Origin: Endomicrobiia bacterium
Lineage (GTDB): Bacteria; Elusimicrobiota; Endomicrobiia; DTEH01
DNA length: 64,000 bases
Direction of reading: 5' to 3'
Assembly: GCA_025059805.1 (NCBI GenBank)
Contig: JANXDG010000065.1
Location: 3,234-67,233 of the forward strand
Shown here: positions 53,349-62,819 of the stretch, piece by piece
Position numbering within the stretch: position 1 is the stretch's first letter
How the letters are laid out: each line of letters begins with the position of its first letter
Notes under the pieces: generated by a model
The model's database searches: none
Told to the model about the DNA's origin: nothing
What the model saw: the letters and a program-made list of their open reading frames with translations, nothing else
Program-made: the position numbers and the translations under genes

Positions 53349-54401
53349 TTATTTTATTTTTTCAAGATACTGTATCTTTGCTTTCTTTTTAAGTTCTTCA
53401 ACTAACTCTTCATATGCCTTCTCTGCATTTTTTCGTGCAACATATTGTAAAAGATCTTCTTTTATTAGATCAAAATCAGGTTTTCGTTTAGGTTTTTTTT
53501 CTACAACACGTATTATATGATATCCGTACTCTGTCTCAACTATATCACTTGTCTGTCCTTCTTTTAGTGAAAATGCAACCTTCTCAAACTCTTTCACTGT
53601 ATCCCCACGAGCAATAAATCCCAAGTCACCACCTCTATCTTTGCTACCAGGATCTTCTGAAAATTTCTGTGCTAGTGTTACAAAATCTTCTCCATCATCT
53701 AATTTCTTTTTTATTTCTAAAATTTTCTTTCTTGCTTCTTCTTTTTGCTTTTCTGTATAGTTTCGCTCTACTCTTATGAGAATATGCCTTACTCTTACCT
53801 GTTCATCAAAATAACGTTCTACAAGACGTGAAAGTAATCTTAGTTCCTCTTGTTCCTCAGGTGACAAGGTTTTAATATCTTCTTTCTTATCAATAATTCT
53901 TACGATTCTGTCAAACACTTCTTTTGCTTCTTTTTCAGTTGGTTGTTTCACATTTTTTCTTATAATCTCATCAACTAATTTTAAAACCATAAGCTGTTCC
54001 TCAATACGTTTCTGAAACTGTTTTTCAGTAAGATTTTCTTTTTTTAATTCTTGCATAAACGCTTGATCTGTTGGGAAACGAGATTTTACAGTTTTTATAC
54101 CCTCTTCAAGTTCTCTTTTTGTAACCTTTATCCCACGTTTTCTAGCTTCTTGTAATAACAATTTGTCAGCAATAAGTTGATCCAAGACACGTTGTTTCAA
54201 CTGCGTTATTTCTTCATCTGTCAGTGCCCTGTCAGCAAGTTGTTTATATTGTTCCAAAGCACTATTATAAAGTTTATCAAATTCTGATTTCATAATATTC
54301 TCATCGTTTATCTTCACTATAACTTTGTCAACAACCGCGCTATCTAAAAAGCTAAAAGTTAAACAAAATGTTGAAAGGAATAACCATATTTTTTTGTTCA
54401 T
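53349..54401 (-). CDS. periplasmic peptidyl-prolyl isomerase/chaperone (SurA/PrsA family, one parvulin domain)
   Basis: Signal peptide. Parvulin motifs VRVRHILI, GGDLGFIARGD and EYGYHIIRV. Lies upstream of pdxA, as surA does in Proteobacteria. Confidence 0.8.
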   Translation of the reverse strand: MNKKIWLFLSTFCLTFSFLDSAVVDKVIVKINDENIMKSEFDKLYNSALEQYKQLADRALTDEEITQLKQRVLDQLIADKLLLQEARKRGIKVTKRELEEGIKTVKSRFPTDQAFMQELKKENLTEKQFQKRIEEQLMVLKLVDEIIRKNVKQPTEKEAKEVFDRIVRIIDKKEDIKTLSPEEQEELRLLSRLVERYFDEQVRVRHILIRVERNYTEKQKEEARKKILEIKKKLDDGEDFVTLAQKFSEDPGSKDRGGDLGFIARGDTVKEFEKVAFSLKEGQTSDIVETEYGYHIIRVVEKKPKRKPDFDLIKEDLLQYVARKNAEKAYEELVEELKKKAKIQYLEKIK

Positions 54402-54456
54402 TATTTTCGTTCTCCTTTGCTTTGTTTTTATCTATTTAAACCTATATTATAAGTCA

Positions 54457-55185
54457 TTACGAGGAAACACAGTTTACAAAAATATCTTCAAGAGTTTCTT
54501 TTTGCCATTCAACATTTTCTACTACACGTGCAATTTTACCCTTATGAATAATAGCGACACGGTCACACACTTTCTCAAGTTCAGATATCAGATGTGAAGA
54601 AAAAAATATCGTTTTACCTTGAGATTTTAATTTAACAATGAAATCTCTTATTTCTTTTATACCAAGTGGATCAAGACCACTAGTTGGTTCATCAAAAATT
54701 AGTATTGAAGGATTGTGTAAGATTGCCTGTGCTATCCCTAATCTCTGTAACATCCCTTTTGAGTACTCGCCTACTTTACGATGCATACTGTCTTGTAAAC
54801 CTACAAAACTTATCACTTCAATTATTCTATCAACAGTCACGCCTCCAGAAAGGTCTCCATAAAACTTTAGCAACTCATAAGCAGAAAATTTTTTATTAAA
54901 ACTTACTAATTCAGGTAAATATCCAATATGTTTGTTCAACTTCCAATCCGGAAGTTTAAAATTATTAAAATAAATCTCTCCACTGTCAGGATGTAACAGT
55001 CCTAAAATTAACTTTATTGTGGTTGTTTTACCAGAACCATTTAGTCCAAGTAAACCAAAAATTTCATTTTCATAAATTTCAAGATTTAATTCTTGCACAC
55101 CTACAACTTTCTTAACACCAAAAAATTTATGTTTTTTGTAAACCTTTGTTAGACCTTTTATTTTAATTACAGCTGTGTTGTTCAT
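54457..55185 (-). CDS. ABC transporter ATP-binding protein (ABC-2/exporter type)
   Basis: GLNGSGKTT, YSKGMLQRLGIA and ILIFDEPTSGLD. Confidence 0.85.
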   Translation of the reverse strand: MNNTAVIKIKGLTKVYKKHKFFGVKKVVGVQELNLEIYENEIFGLLGLNGSGKTTTIKLILGLLHPDSGEIYFNNFKLPDWKLNKHIGYLPELVSFNKKFSAYELLKFYGDLSGGVTVDRIIEVISFVGLQDSMHRKVGEYSKGMLQRLGIAQAILHNPSILIFDEPTSGLDPLGIKEIRDFIVKLKSQGKTIFFSSHLISELEKVCDRVAIIHKGKIARVVENVEWQKETLEDIFVNCVSS

Positions 55186-56774
55186 AATTTAACAAATTTT
55201 ACTGCTTTAATTCCTTCTATCTTTTCAATTTGAGAAATAATTTGTGGATTCACTTCACCATCAACATTTATAAATGTCATAGCGTCAGCACCTGCTTGCT
55301 TTCTTGCAACAAACATCCTAGCTATATTTATATTATTGTTCCCTAATAACGTTCCTACTTTACCTATGATCCCTGGACGGTCAATATTCGTCACCACTAT
55401 AATATTACCTTCGGGTTCAATATCTGTCTCTAAACCGTTAACTTCTATTATTCGATAGTTGTTTTCAGATATCACAACACCAGATATGTTATAGACCTGT
55501 TGATCTGTAGTAATCTGTATATTTATGTACTCTTTAAACTCTTTCCCCTCTCTTATTTTTGATTCTTTTATTGTAACACCACGCTCTTTTGCTATGAGCT
55601 GTGCATTAACATAGTTTAGTTGAATATCTACCATTTCCGACATAAGTTCTTTAATAAAAGCAGAGGTTAGAATATATGTATTCAATTGCTGAAAAATTTC
55701 TCCTATATATTGAATATAAATTTCTTTGATTCCAGAAGTTATAATCTGTCCTTGAAATCTACCTAATTTTTCTAACAATTCAATATATGGCTTAAGTTTT
55801 AAGTAAGTATCGTGGTCAACTGACGGTAAATTAACTGCATTCCTTATTACATTATTTATAAAAAAGTCAATTAACATCTGTGAAACTTCCTGTGCAATTT
55901 TGACCTGTGCTTCTTCAGTTGAAGCTCCTAAATGTGGTGTCACAACAACATTATCCAACTGTAATAACGCTAATGAAGATTCTGGCGGTTCTTTTTCAAA
56001 AACATCCAATGCTGCTGACGAAACCTTACCTGATTTCAACGCTTCGTATAAATCTGTTTCATTAACAATACCACCCCTAGCACAATTTACTATTTTTACA
56101 CCATCCTTCATTTTTGATATTGTATTTCTATCAATAAGATTTTTTGTTGTTTCCGTCTTAGGAACATGTAAACTGATTATATCCGCCTCGCTTATCACTT
56201 CGTCAAAACTTTTAAGTTCTACACCTAACTGATACGCATAATCTTCTGAAACATATGGATCATATGCAATTATTTTCATATCAAAATACTTCATTCGTTT
56301 AGCAACTTCAGAACCAATTTTACCTAATCCAATAAGTCCTAAAGTCTTACCTTGTAATTCACTACCTACAAATTTTTCTCGTTCCCATCTACCAGATTTT
56401 AACGAATGATGTGCCTGCGGAATATTTCTCATCATCGCAAGAATTAATCCTATTGTATGTTCACAAGCTGAGATCGTATTACCACCTGGTACATTCATCA
56501 CTACTATCCCTTTTTTGTTTGCTGCTTGTATATCAACATTATCAACACCTGTCCCAGCACGACATATCACCTTCAATCTGTCAGCAGCCTCTATAACTTC
56601 CTTCGTCACTTTAACTTCTGAACGGATTAGTAATCCATCATACGCTTTTACTAAACTAACAAGTTCCTCTTGTGAAGGTTTCGGCTTTATATCAACTTGA
56701 ATATCCGAGTGGTTTAATAAAGTTTCTAACCCTTCTGTATTTTTATAAGTCATTAAAATCTTGTATTTTTTCAT
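55182..56774 (-). CDS. serA: D-3-phosphoglycerate dehydrogenase with C-terminal ACT domain
   Basis: GLIGLGKIGSEVA, CARGGIVNE and PHLGAST. The C-terminal IVVTNIDRPGIIGKVGTLLG is ACT-like. Start at ATG 56774, downstream of a GAGGGTGG SD. Confidence 0.88.
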   Translation of the reverse strand: MKKYKILMTYKNTEGLETLLNHSDIQVDIKPKPSQEELVSLVKAYDGLLIRSEVKVTKEVIEAADRLKVICRAGTGVDNVDIQAANKKGIVVMNVPGGNTISACEHTIGLILAMMRNIPQAHHSLKSGRWEREKFVGSELQGKTLGLIGLGKIGSEVAKRMKYFDMKIIAYDPYVSEDYAYQLGVELKSFDEVISEADIISLHVPKTETTKNLIDRNTISKMKDGVKIVNCARGGIVNETDLYEALKSGKVSSAALDVFEKEPPESSLALLQLDNVVVTPHLGASTEEAQVKIAQEVSQMLIDFFINNVIRNAVNLPSVDHDTYLKLKPYIELLEKLGRFQGQIITSGIKEIYIQYIGEIFQQLNTYILTSAFIKELMSEMVDIQLNYVNAQLIAKERGVTIKESKIREGKEFKEYINIQITTDQQVYNISGVVISENNYRIIEVNGLETDIEPEGNIIVVTNIDRPGIIGKVGTLLGNNNINIARMFVARKQAGADAMTFINVDGEVNPQIISQIEKIEGIKAVKFVKL

Positions 56775-56793
56775 ACCACCCTCTTGTTTAAAC

Positions 56794-57930
56794 TTAAATA
56801 AGGTTGTTTTCAAAAGCTTTAACTCCAACACCAAGTTCTACTGTATAACCAAGTTTATTGAAGACCATTTCCAAACCTGATATACACACTATCAAGTCAA
56901 ACTTATCAATGTAACCCATATGAGCTATACGTACAATTTTACCTTTTAACTTTCCTTGTCCACCTGCAATTGAAATACCAAACTCTTCTCTTAATGTTCT
57001 TACTACTTTTTGACCATCCATTCCTTCCGGCATTGAAATAGGAGTTACTATATTACTTATATGACTTTCATCACAGAAAATTTTCAACCCCATAGATTTT
57101 ACTGCAGCTCTTGTTGCAACTGCTAATTTTTCTGTTTGTTGCCAAATTACTTCTAAAGTTTTCTCTTTTATAATCTCAATTGCCTTATGCAAAGCTACTA
57201 CTAAACTCACAGCTGGTGTAAAAGGTGTTTCTTTGTTATCAATTGACTTCCTCATCTTTTTAAAATCTAGGTAAAATTTAGGAAGTGTTGATTTTTCCAC
57301 ATACTCCCAAGCTTTAGGACTTACCGTTGCGAACGATAAACCAGGTGGGCACATTAAACCTTTTTGTGAACCAGTAACTGCTACATCAACATACCATTTA
57401 TCAGTTAAAAATTTTTGTCCTACAAGGCCACTTATTGTATCAACAACAAGCACTGCTTGCGTTTCTTTAACAATTTTACCTATGGTTTCAATATCATTTA
57501 CTATACCTGTGGATGTCTCTGTATGTGTTGTAAACACTGCTTTTATATTTTTGTTTTGTTTTAATATATTTGCAATATCTTCTGGATTTATAGATTGACC
57601 CCATTCAGAAGTAACTTTATGAACTTTAACTCCATATACATTACATATGTTTTCCCAGCGGTCACCAAAATTACCACAAGATGCAACAATAACTTCATCA
57701 CCTGCACTTAACAGATTAACCACTGCTGCTTCCATGGCAGCTGTACCAGAACCCGTAACCATTAAAACATCATTCGCTGTTTGAAACACATATTTCATCC
57801 CTTCTATAACTTCAACAAAAATTTTACCGAATTCTGTAGTTCTATGATGAAGTATAGGTCTTGCTTCTGCTTGAGAAACTTCAGGCGGTACAGGTGTAGG
57901 TCCAGGTGTTAATAAAAAATACTTTTTCAC
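56794..57930 (-). CDS. class V aminotransferase (phosphoserine / serine-pyruvate aminotransferase type)
   Basis: LLTPGPTPVP and TGSQKGLMCPPG (PLP-Lys). Start placed at GTG 57930, preceded by GAAAGGAGA about 10 nt upstream. Adjacency to serA suggests a SerC role. Confidence 0.8.
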   Translation of the reverse strand: MKKYFLLTPGPTPVPPEVSQAEARPILHHRTTEFGKIFVEVIEGMKYVFQTANDVLMVTGSGTAAMEAAVVNLLSAGDEVIVASCGNFGDRWENICNVYGVKVHKVTSEWGQSINPEDIANILKQNKNIKAVFTTHTETSTGIVNDIETIGKIVKETQAVLVVDTISGLVGQKFLTDKWYVDVAVTGSQKGLMCPPGLSFATVSPKAWEYVEKSTLPKFYLDFKKMRKSIDNKETPFTPAVSLVVALHKAIEIIKEKTLEVIWQQTEKLAVATRAAVKSMGLKIFCDESHISNIVTPISMPEGMDGQKVVRTLREEFGISIAGGQGKLKGKIVRIAHMGYIDKFDLIVCISGLEMVFNKLGYTVELGVGVKAFENNLI

Positions 57931-58043
57931 TTCAATTTCTCTCCTTTCTATAAAAATGAACAAAAATTTTTGTTATTTTACAAAAAACAAGTAGTTATAT
58001 CAACAGGTAGGCTAAAGGTATGTACACAGAGCTTTAGTTATCT

Positions 58044-58577
58044 CTAAATTGCCTTTGTTGATACAAAAAACTTGTTACCACCAACATGGTGAATAGTCTT
58101 TGCTTTATCAGTTAGTAAATATTTATCATAAAATGATTCCTCTACTTCACAATGAACAACTCTTCCTATGAAAAGTATAACACCGTCGTATTCTTTGGAA
58201 TCAACAACTTTGGATTCAATAAAACCAATAGATTCATCAATATGTACAACTTTAACTTTTATACCGTCTACAGCTGTTAATTTTACGAGATTAAATTTAT
58301 CAATTTCTCTACCAGATGTCTTTCCTGTCTGTTTGATCGCATCTAGTAGTTTGATACTAGGGACATTAATTACAAACTCTCTGTATTTATTTATTAACTC
58401 TGCTGTATAATGTGAACTCGCAATACAAACTACTACAAGTGGTGGATCGTCATTAAGCGGTGTAATCCAAGCAATTGGCGCTATATTTTTGATCTTATCA
58501 TTTCCAGAAGTGATTAAACAACAAGGTCCATGATTTATTAAATGATAAAATTTCTCCAAAGGAAGTTTAATTTTCAT
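58044..58577 (-). CDS. flavin reductase-like FMN-binding split-barrel protein
   Basis: 177 aa. HLINHGPCCLITS, and a size and pattern typical of the Flavin_Reduct domain. Confidence 0.65.
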   Translation of the reverse strand: MKIKLPLEKFYHLINHGPCCLITSGNDKIKNIAPIAWITPLNDDPPLVVVCIASSHYTAELINKYREFVINVPSIKLLDAIKQTGKTSGREIDKFNLVKLTAVDGIKVKVVHIDESIGFIESKVVDSKEYDGVILFIGRVVHCEVEESFYDKYLLTDKAKTIHHVGGNKFFVSTKAI

Positions 58578-58621
58578 ATAAAGTATTAATACAACAAATG
58601 GTTTAATTTTTCAACTTTTTC

Positions 58622-60493
58622 TTAGATAGAAGGATTGTGGTCAACATAAACTTTTTGTAATTTTAACTCGCTTATAGATTTTAAGACATCAACTACTTTT
58701 TTAATATTTGTGTTGAAATCACTTAAAATTTTCACAGTGATTACTACTTCTTTACCTTTTTTGATATCCTGATTTTTTTCAAATGAAGGAAAAACAAAGA
58801 TGTTATTTATATCTTTTAAGTTTTTTTCTATGTTTTCTACGAACTTATCAGTTTGCTCAAAAGAATTAGATATGATGCCAATTTTAACAATGTGTGTAAA
58901 CGGAGGATATTTTAATTCTTTTCTTAGATCTAACTCTTTTCTAACGAAAGTATTATACTTTGATAATAAAACTTTATTATATTTTTCAGAACGAATTATC
59001 TCAAGGTATATAACCGATGAATCTGTATTAGAGGTTAATAAAATTTCAAAAAGTTTTATCAGTTTATAAACATATTCATAACTTAAAAAGCTAGGTCTGT
59101 AAAGCAGACTATCTAAGTATGCAAAATATACACTTGCAACATTTGAAAAATTTATTCTATAAATGTAGTTTATAATTGCTGTTGTCGTCAGTAAAATATC
59201 TATCTTTTCCTTATTAAAATTTTCAATTATATTCCTAATCCTGTTTTCTTTTGTTTCAGCATCAAAGTATTCTATCGTTACATTTTTAAAAGAAGATAAC
59301 AATAGTTGCTTAAGTTTTTCTCCACCTATATTGTATTCTTCAGATCGGTCGCTGCCACATTCAGGACATACAAAACCACTTTTTGTCTTTTTATATATAA
59401 CTAATTTTTTACATATAAGACAAAAACAGTATCTTGCACTTTCCTTGTAAGGATAAATAATGATAGTTTGTTTAAATTTGTATAAATTTCTTGTAACTAC
59501 TTCTTTTAACTGTCTTTTTACAAATTCTATTTTTGTTTTCCCTTTTTGCAATTTATCATCACCTAATACAATCTTAGATTTACATTTATACATACGTCCT
59601 ACAGAAGGAGTAAATGAACAATAAATAAGTTTAAACTGATAATTTTTAGATCTTGCTTCTAACACTGAAATTGAGTTATACATTGGCACTTCAGGATTTT
59701 TATATCCTAAGGAATCCGGTTCATCTATTATTACAATGTTGACATTATCTAATGGAAGAAATGCTGCTATTTTAGTGCCAAGGACAATTTTAATCTGACC
59801 AGTTCTAAACATATACCAAATCTTATATCGCTGTTTTATATCTACCTCACCTGTATATAAAAATAAGTTACTAAATAAAAATATTAACTTTTGTTCATCA
59901 TAAGAATGTTTAATAAACTCAATAAAGTCATTAATGTAATAGTTATTTGGGAAAAGCATCAAAGTCTGTTGATTACTTATCAGTGCATAAAATAATACGT
60001 TTACATAAAACGAAAATTTTTCATTAATCGTATTAGGTATAAACAACACAGTGCGTGTTCGTCCTGTAATTATATCAACAAATTTTTTATTTAATTCTGT
60101 TATAAATTTTTTTTGTTTATCTACTATAACACTTTGCCAAAATGAAACCTTATGTTCTATAGGGAAAAACTCGTTTAAAAATAGTCCTGTAGACACAAAA
60201 TGTTGATATGCTTGTTCTTTAGCTGTGGATATCTGTTCATATGTAAAAAACGGAAACTCTTCAACAAAACTTTTGACAGGCTTTATTTTTATATTATTGT
60301 TGTTAGCCTTGTCATCAAAAACTTCAATAATTACTCCTACTTTATCCTTTTGCCTGCCAAAATCTGCTATAACTCTGTAACCAACAAAATTTTCTTGTTT
60401 CTTAGTAATTTCTTCTGGTATAAAATAAGTATACTCCTCGTGAACAGGAATAGGAAATGCAATATTACAATATAATCTTTTATACATAGTCAA
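58622..60493 (-). CDS. priA: primosomal protein N' (PriA) homologue lacking canonical helicase ATPase motifs
   Basis: The N-terminal 3'-DNA-binding region is YTYFIPEEI...GYRVIADFGRQKDKVGVIIEV. KIVLGTKIAAFLPLDNVNIVIIDEPDS is colinear with PriA IVIGTRSA..LIIVDEEHD. Zinc ribbon CLICKK...CPECG. Start is either TTG 60493 or ATG 60487. Confidence 0.7.
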   Translation of the reverse strand: MTMYKRLYCNIAFPIPVHEEYTYFIPEEITKKQENFVGYRVIADFGRQKDKVGVIIEVFDDKANNNNIKIKPVKSFVEEFPFFTYEQISTAKEQAYQHFVSTGLFLNEFFPIEHKVSFWQSVIVDKQKKFITELNKKFVDIITGRTRTVLFIPNTINEKFSFYVNVLFYALISNQQTLMLFPNNYYINDFIEFIKHSYDEQKLIFLFSNLFLYTGEVDIKQRYKIWYMFRTGQIKIVLGTKIAAFLPLDNVNIVIIDEPDSLGYKNPEVPMYNSISVLEARSKNYQFKLIYCSFTPSVGRMYKCKSKIVLGDDKLQKGKTKIEFVKRQLKEVVTRNLYKFKQTIIIYPYKESARYCFCLICKKLVIYKKTKSGFVCPECGSDRSEEYNIGGEKLKQLLLSSFKNVTIEYFDAETKENRIRNIIENFNKEKIDILLTTTAIINYIYRINFSNVASVYFAYLDSLLYRPSFLSYEYVYKLIKLFEILLTSNTDSSVIYLEIIRSEKYNKVLLSKYNTFVRKELDLRKELKYPPFTHIVKIGIISNSFEQTDKFVENIEKNLKDINNIFVFPSFEKNQDIKKGKEVVITVKILSDFNTNIKKVVDVLKSISELKLQKVYVDHNPSI

Positions 60494-60498
60494 AAATG

Positions 60499-61260
60499 CT
60501 AACTAATCCCTAAAATCTTCATTATCAATTTCATATCTTTCCATACATAAGCCTTTAGGGAAGGATTCCTTAATAGCGCTGCAGGATGATAAGTTGGAAC
60601 AATTTTTATATCTGGTATCTCATCGTAGTTTAGTATCTTACCACGTAATTCAGTAATGGGAAGATCATTTTTAGTTAATACACGTGCTGAAGTTGAACCT
60701 AAACAACATATAACTTTCGGTCGGATAATTTCAATTTGCTTTTTAAGATATGGCAAACATGTATTGATCTCTTCATCATTTGGTGGTCTATCATTATTTC
60801 GCAAATTAGGATCTGGTATGCGTAAAGGATGACATTTGACTATGTTAGTTATATAAACCCTTTCCCTGCTGAGTTTCATTGCATTGATAATACGAGTCAG
60901 TAATTCTCCAGCACGTCCAACAAAAGGCCTGCCTTGTTTATCTTCATCAAATCCTGGTCCTTCTCCAATAAATATAAGTTCTGCGTCCACATTCCCCTCA
61001 CCAAAAACTACATTAACTCTCGTCTTATATAAATTACATTTTTTACAAGAAATTACTTCCTTCTTTATTTTATCTAACAATTGTTCTTTGGATTTTACAG
61101 ATTTTCCAGTCTTATAATTCTTGTTATTATTATAATGATTTTTATCAAAATTTACTAAACTAAGATCTTTTCTTATCCGCAACGGTTTTTCAAAATAAAA
61201 CCCATCAGTACCATAAATTTTCTGTAATAACAACAGCGATTTAATCCTCTCCAAATTCAT
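60499..61260 (-). CDS. udg: uracil-DNA glycosylase, family 4
   Basis: CKKCNL, GEGPGFDEDKQGRPFVG and TYHPAALLR. Start at ATG 61260 overlaps the coaB stop (ATGA). N-terminal extension of about 70 aa. Confidence 0.85.
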   Translation of the reverse strand: MNLERIKSLLLLQKIYGTDGFYFEKPLRIRKDLSLVNFDKNHYNNNKNYKTGKSVKSKEQLLDKIKKEVISCKKCNLYKTRVNVVFGEGNVDAELIFIGEGPGFDEDKQGRPFVGRAGELLTRIINAMKLSRERVYITNIVKCHPLRIPDPNLRNNDRPPNDEEINTCLPYLKKQIEIIRPKVICCLGSTSARVLTKNDLPITELRGKILNYDEIPDIKIVPTYHPAALLRNPSLKAYVWKDMKLIMKILGIS

Positions 61261-61910
61261 ACACATACTTTTTGTTTAGATAGTTGTTCAATTCTCTTAT
61301 ACAAAATTTTAGCAAAGTTATATTTTTTGATTTTTTTTATTTTTTCTATTTTACCAAGACGGTATACCAAAACCGGTTTAATATAATCACTTCCCAAAGT
61401 TTCAATGGTATTAAGTACAATCATATCTAAATTTTTTTTCAAAAGTTTCGCCCTAGCATAGTTTAGTGCATTTTTTCTATCAGTCTCAAGTGCAAACCCT
61501 ATAACAATTTGTTTGTCATTTTTTTGTTTACCAAAAAATTCTAAAATATCAATTGTAGGGACAAGTTCTAAGACAAGCCTGCTTTTTTTCTTAATTTTTT
61601 GTGGACTAACTTTTTTAGGTTTAAAATCACAAACTGCAGCTGTTGATATAAAAACGTCTGTGGTATAAAAAAATTTCTTTACTGCTTTAAACATTTCTTC
61701 TGCAGTTTCAACATTAAAACAGGTTACACCTTGAGGTTTTTTTATAGAAACCGGACCACTGACAAGTATTACTTTCCATCCATTATTTGAAAACATACTT
61801 GCAATAGCGTAACCTAACTTCCCTGAAGAAGCGTTTGTTATAAATCTAACAGGATCAATATATTCTATGGTAGGTCCAGCAGTGATAAGAACAGTTTTTT
61901 GTCTATGCAT
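61257..61910 (-). CDS. coaB: phosphopantothenate--cysteine ligase (stand-alone CoaB)
   Basis: VLITAGPTIEYIDPVRFITNASSGKLG and AAVCDF. Confidence 0.88.
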   Translation of the reverse strand: MHRQKTVLITAGPTIEYIDPVRFITNASSGKLGYAIASMFSNNGWKVILVSGPVSIKKPQGVTCFNVETAEEMFKAVKKFFYTTDVFISTAAVCDFKPKKVSPQKIKKKSRLVLELVPTIDILEFFGKQKNDKQIVIGFALETDRKNALNYARAKLLKKNLDMIVLNTIETLGSDYIKPVLVYRLGKIEKIKKIKKYNFAKILYKRIEQLSKQKVCV

Positions 61911-61914
61911 TTTA

Positions 61915-62463
61915 TCATTGGGTTAGTAGTTTTTCAATGAAGCGAACTATTTTTTCAATTTCGGGTAACCGTCCAACACCTTCTTTATTACATAATAGTT
62001 CGCCTTTTTCTGGTTCTAATACATGATAGCCAATATCTTTCAACGTTTTAATATTTTTCTGTGTTATTGGATGCAACCACATATTCGTATTCATTGATGG
62101 ACATAGTAAAACCTTCGTTTTTTTTAAATCAGCAGCATATATTGTACATGTAAGTAAATCTTCTGTTTTCCCACAAGCAAGTTTTGAAATTGTATTACAA
62201 CTACACGGTGCCACAACTATCAGATCTGCCCAGTCAGATAACGCAACATGTGTCGGTGAAAATTCCTGATTAGAAAACATATCAATATATACCTTTTCTT
62301 CTGTTAATTCTTGAAACAACAATGGAGAGATGAGTTCAGTCGCATTCCTTGTCATAATACATTTAACACTATAGTTTTTTTTTCTTAACTGACGGATCAA
62401 TTCACAGATTTTATAAATACTTATACCTGCTGTAATCCCTATAAGAATATTTTTTCTCATCAC
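61915..62463 (-). CDS. coaC: phosphopantothenoylcysteine decarboxylase flavoprotein (stand-alone CoaC)
   Basis: ILIGITAGISIYK, VAPCSCNTISKLACG and PSMNTNMW. Confidence 0.88.
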   Translation of the reverse strand: MMRKNILIGITAGISIYKICELIRQLRKKNYSVKCIMTRNATELISPLLFQELTEEKVYIDMFSNQEFSPTHVALSDWADLIVVAPCSCNTISKLACGKTEDLLTCTIYAADLKKTKVLLCPSMNTNMWLHPITQKNIKTLKDIGYHVLEPEKGELLCNKEGVGRLPEIEKIVRFIEKLLTQ

Positions 62464-62789
62464 TTTTTACTTTTTTTCTCTGTTTTTTTACTTTCTTCTG
62501 TGGACATCTGTAGTAATGCCGAACTTTCAAGTATAGCTAACTTTTTTCTCTTTTCTAACGGTGGCAGTTTTTTAATGTCTTCTATTGAAACTTTACCTGT
62601 AAGAACATCATATATTGCAATGTTTACTCTTTCACTATCAAGCAGATCTTTATATTCTTCTTTATATTTAAGTTCAGCAGCCCAACGTGCAATGTATGGT
62701 ACAATTTTATATTTATCATATTTTGATGTAAGTATAATTTTATGAAGCTCTCTATTTATTTTTTCAATTTCTTCTTTAAGTTTTGTCAT
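62460..62789 (-). CDS. hypothetical protein, possibly a divergent RNA polymerase omega subunit
   Basis: 109 aa. SKYDKYKIVPYIARWAAEL loosely parallels the omega motif NRYxLVxxAAKRARQL. Its position directly upstream of coaC/coaB matches the common rpoZ-coaBC synteny. Confidence 0.3.
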   Translation of the reverse strand: MTKLKEEIEKINRELHKIILTSKYDKYKIVPYIARWAAELKYKEEYKDLLDSERVNIAIYDVLTGKVSIEDIKKLPPLEKRKKLAILESSALLQMSTEESKKTEKKSKK

Positions 62790-62819
62790 TTTTATCTCAC
62801 CTCCATCGGTGTTAAATCT

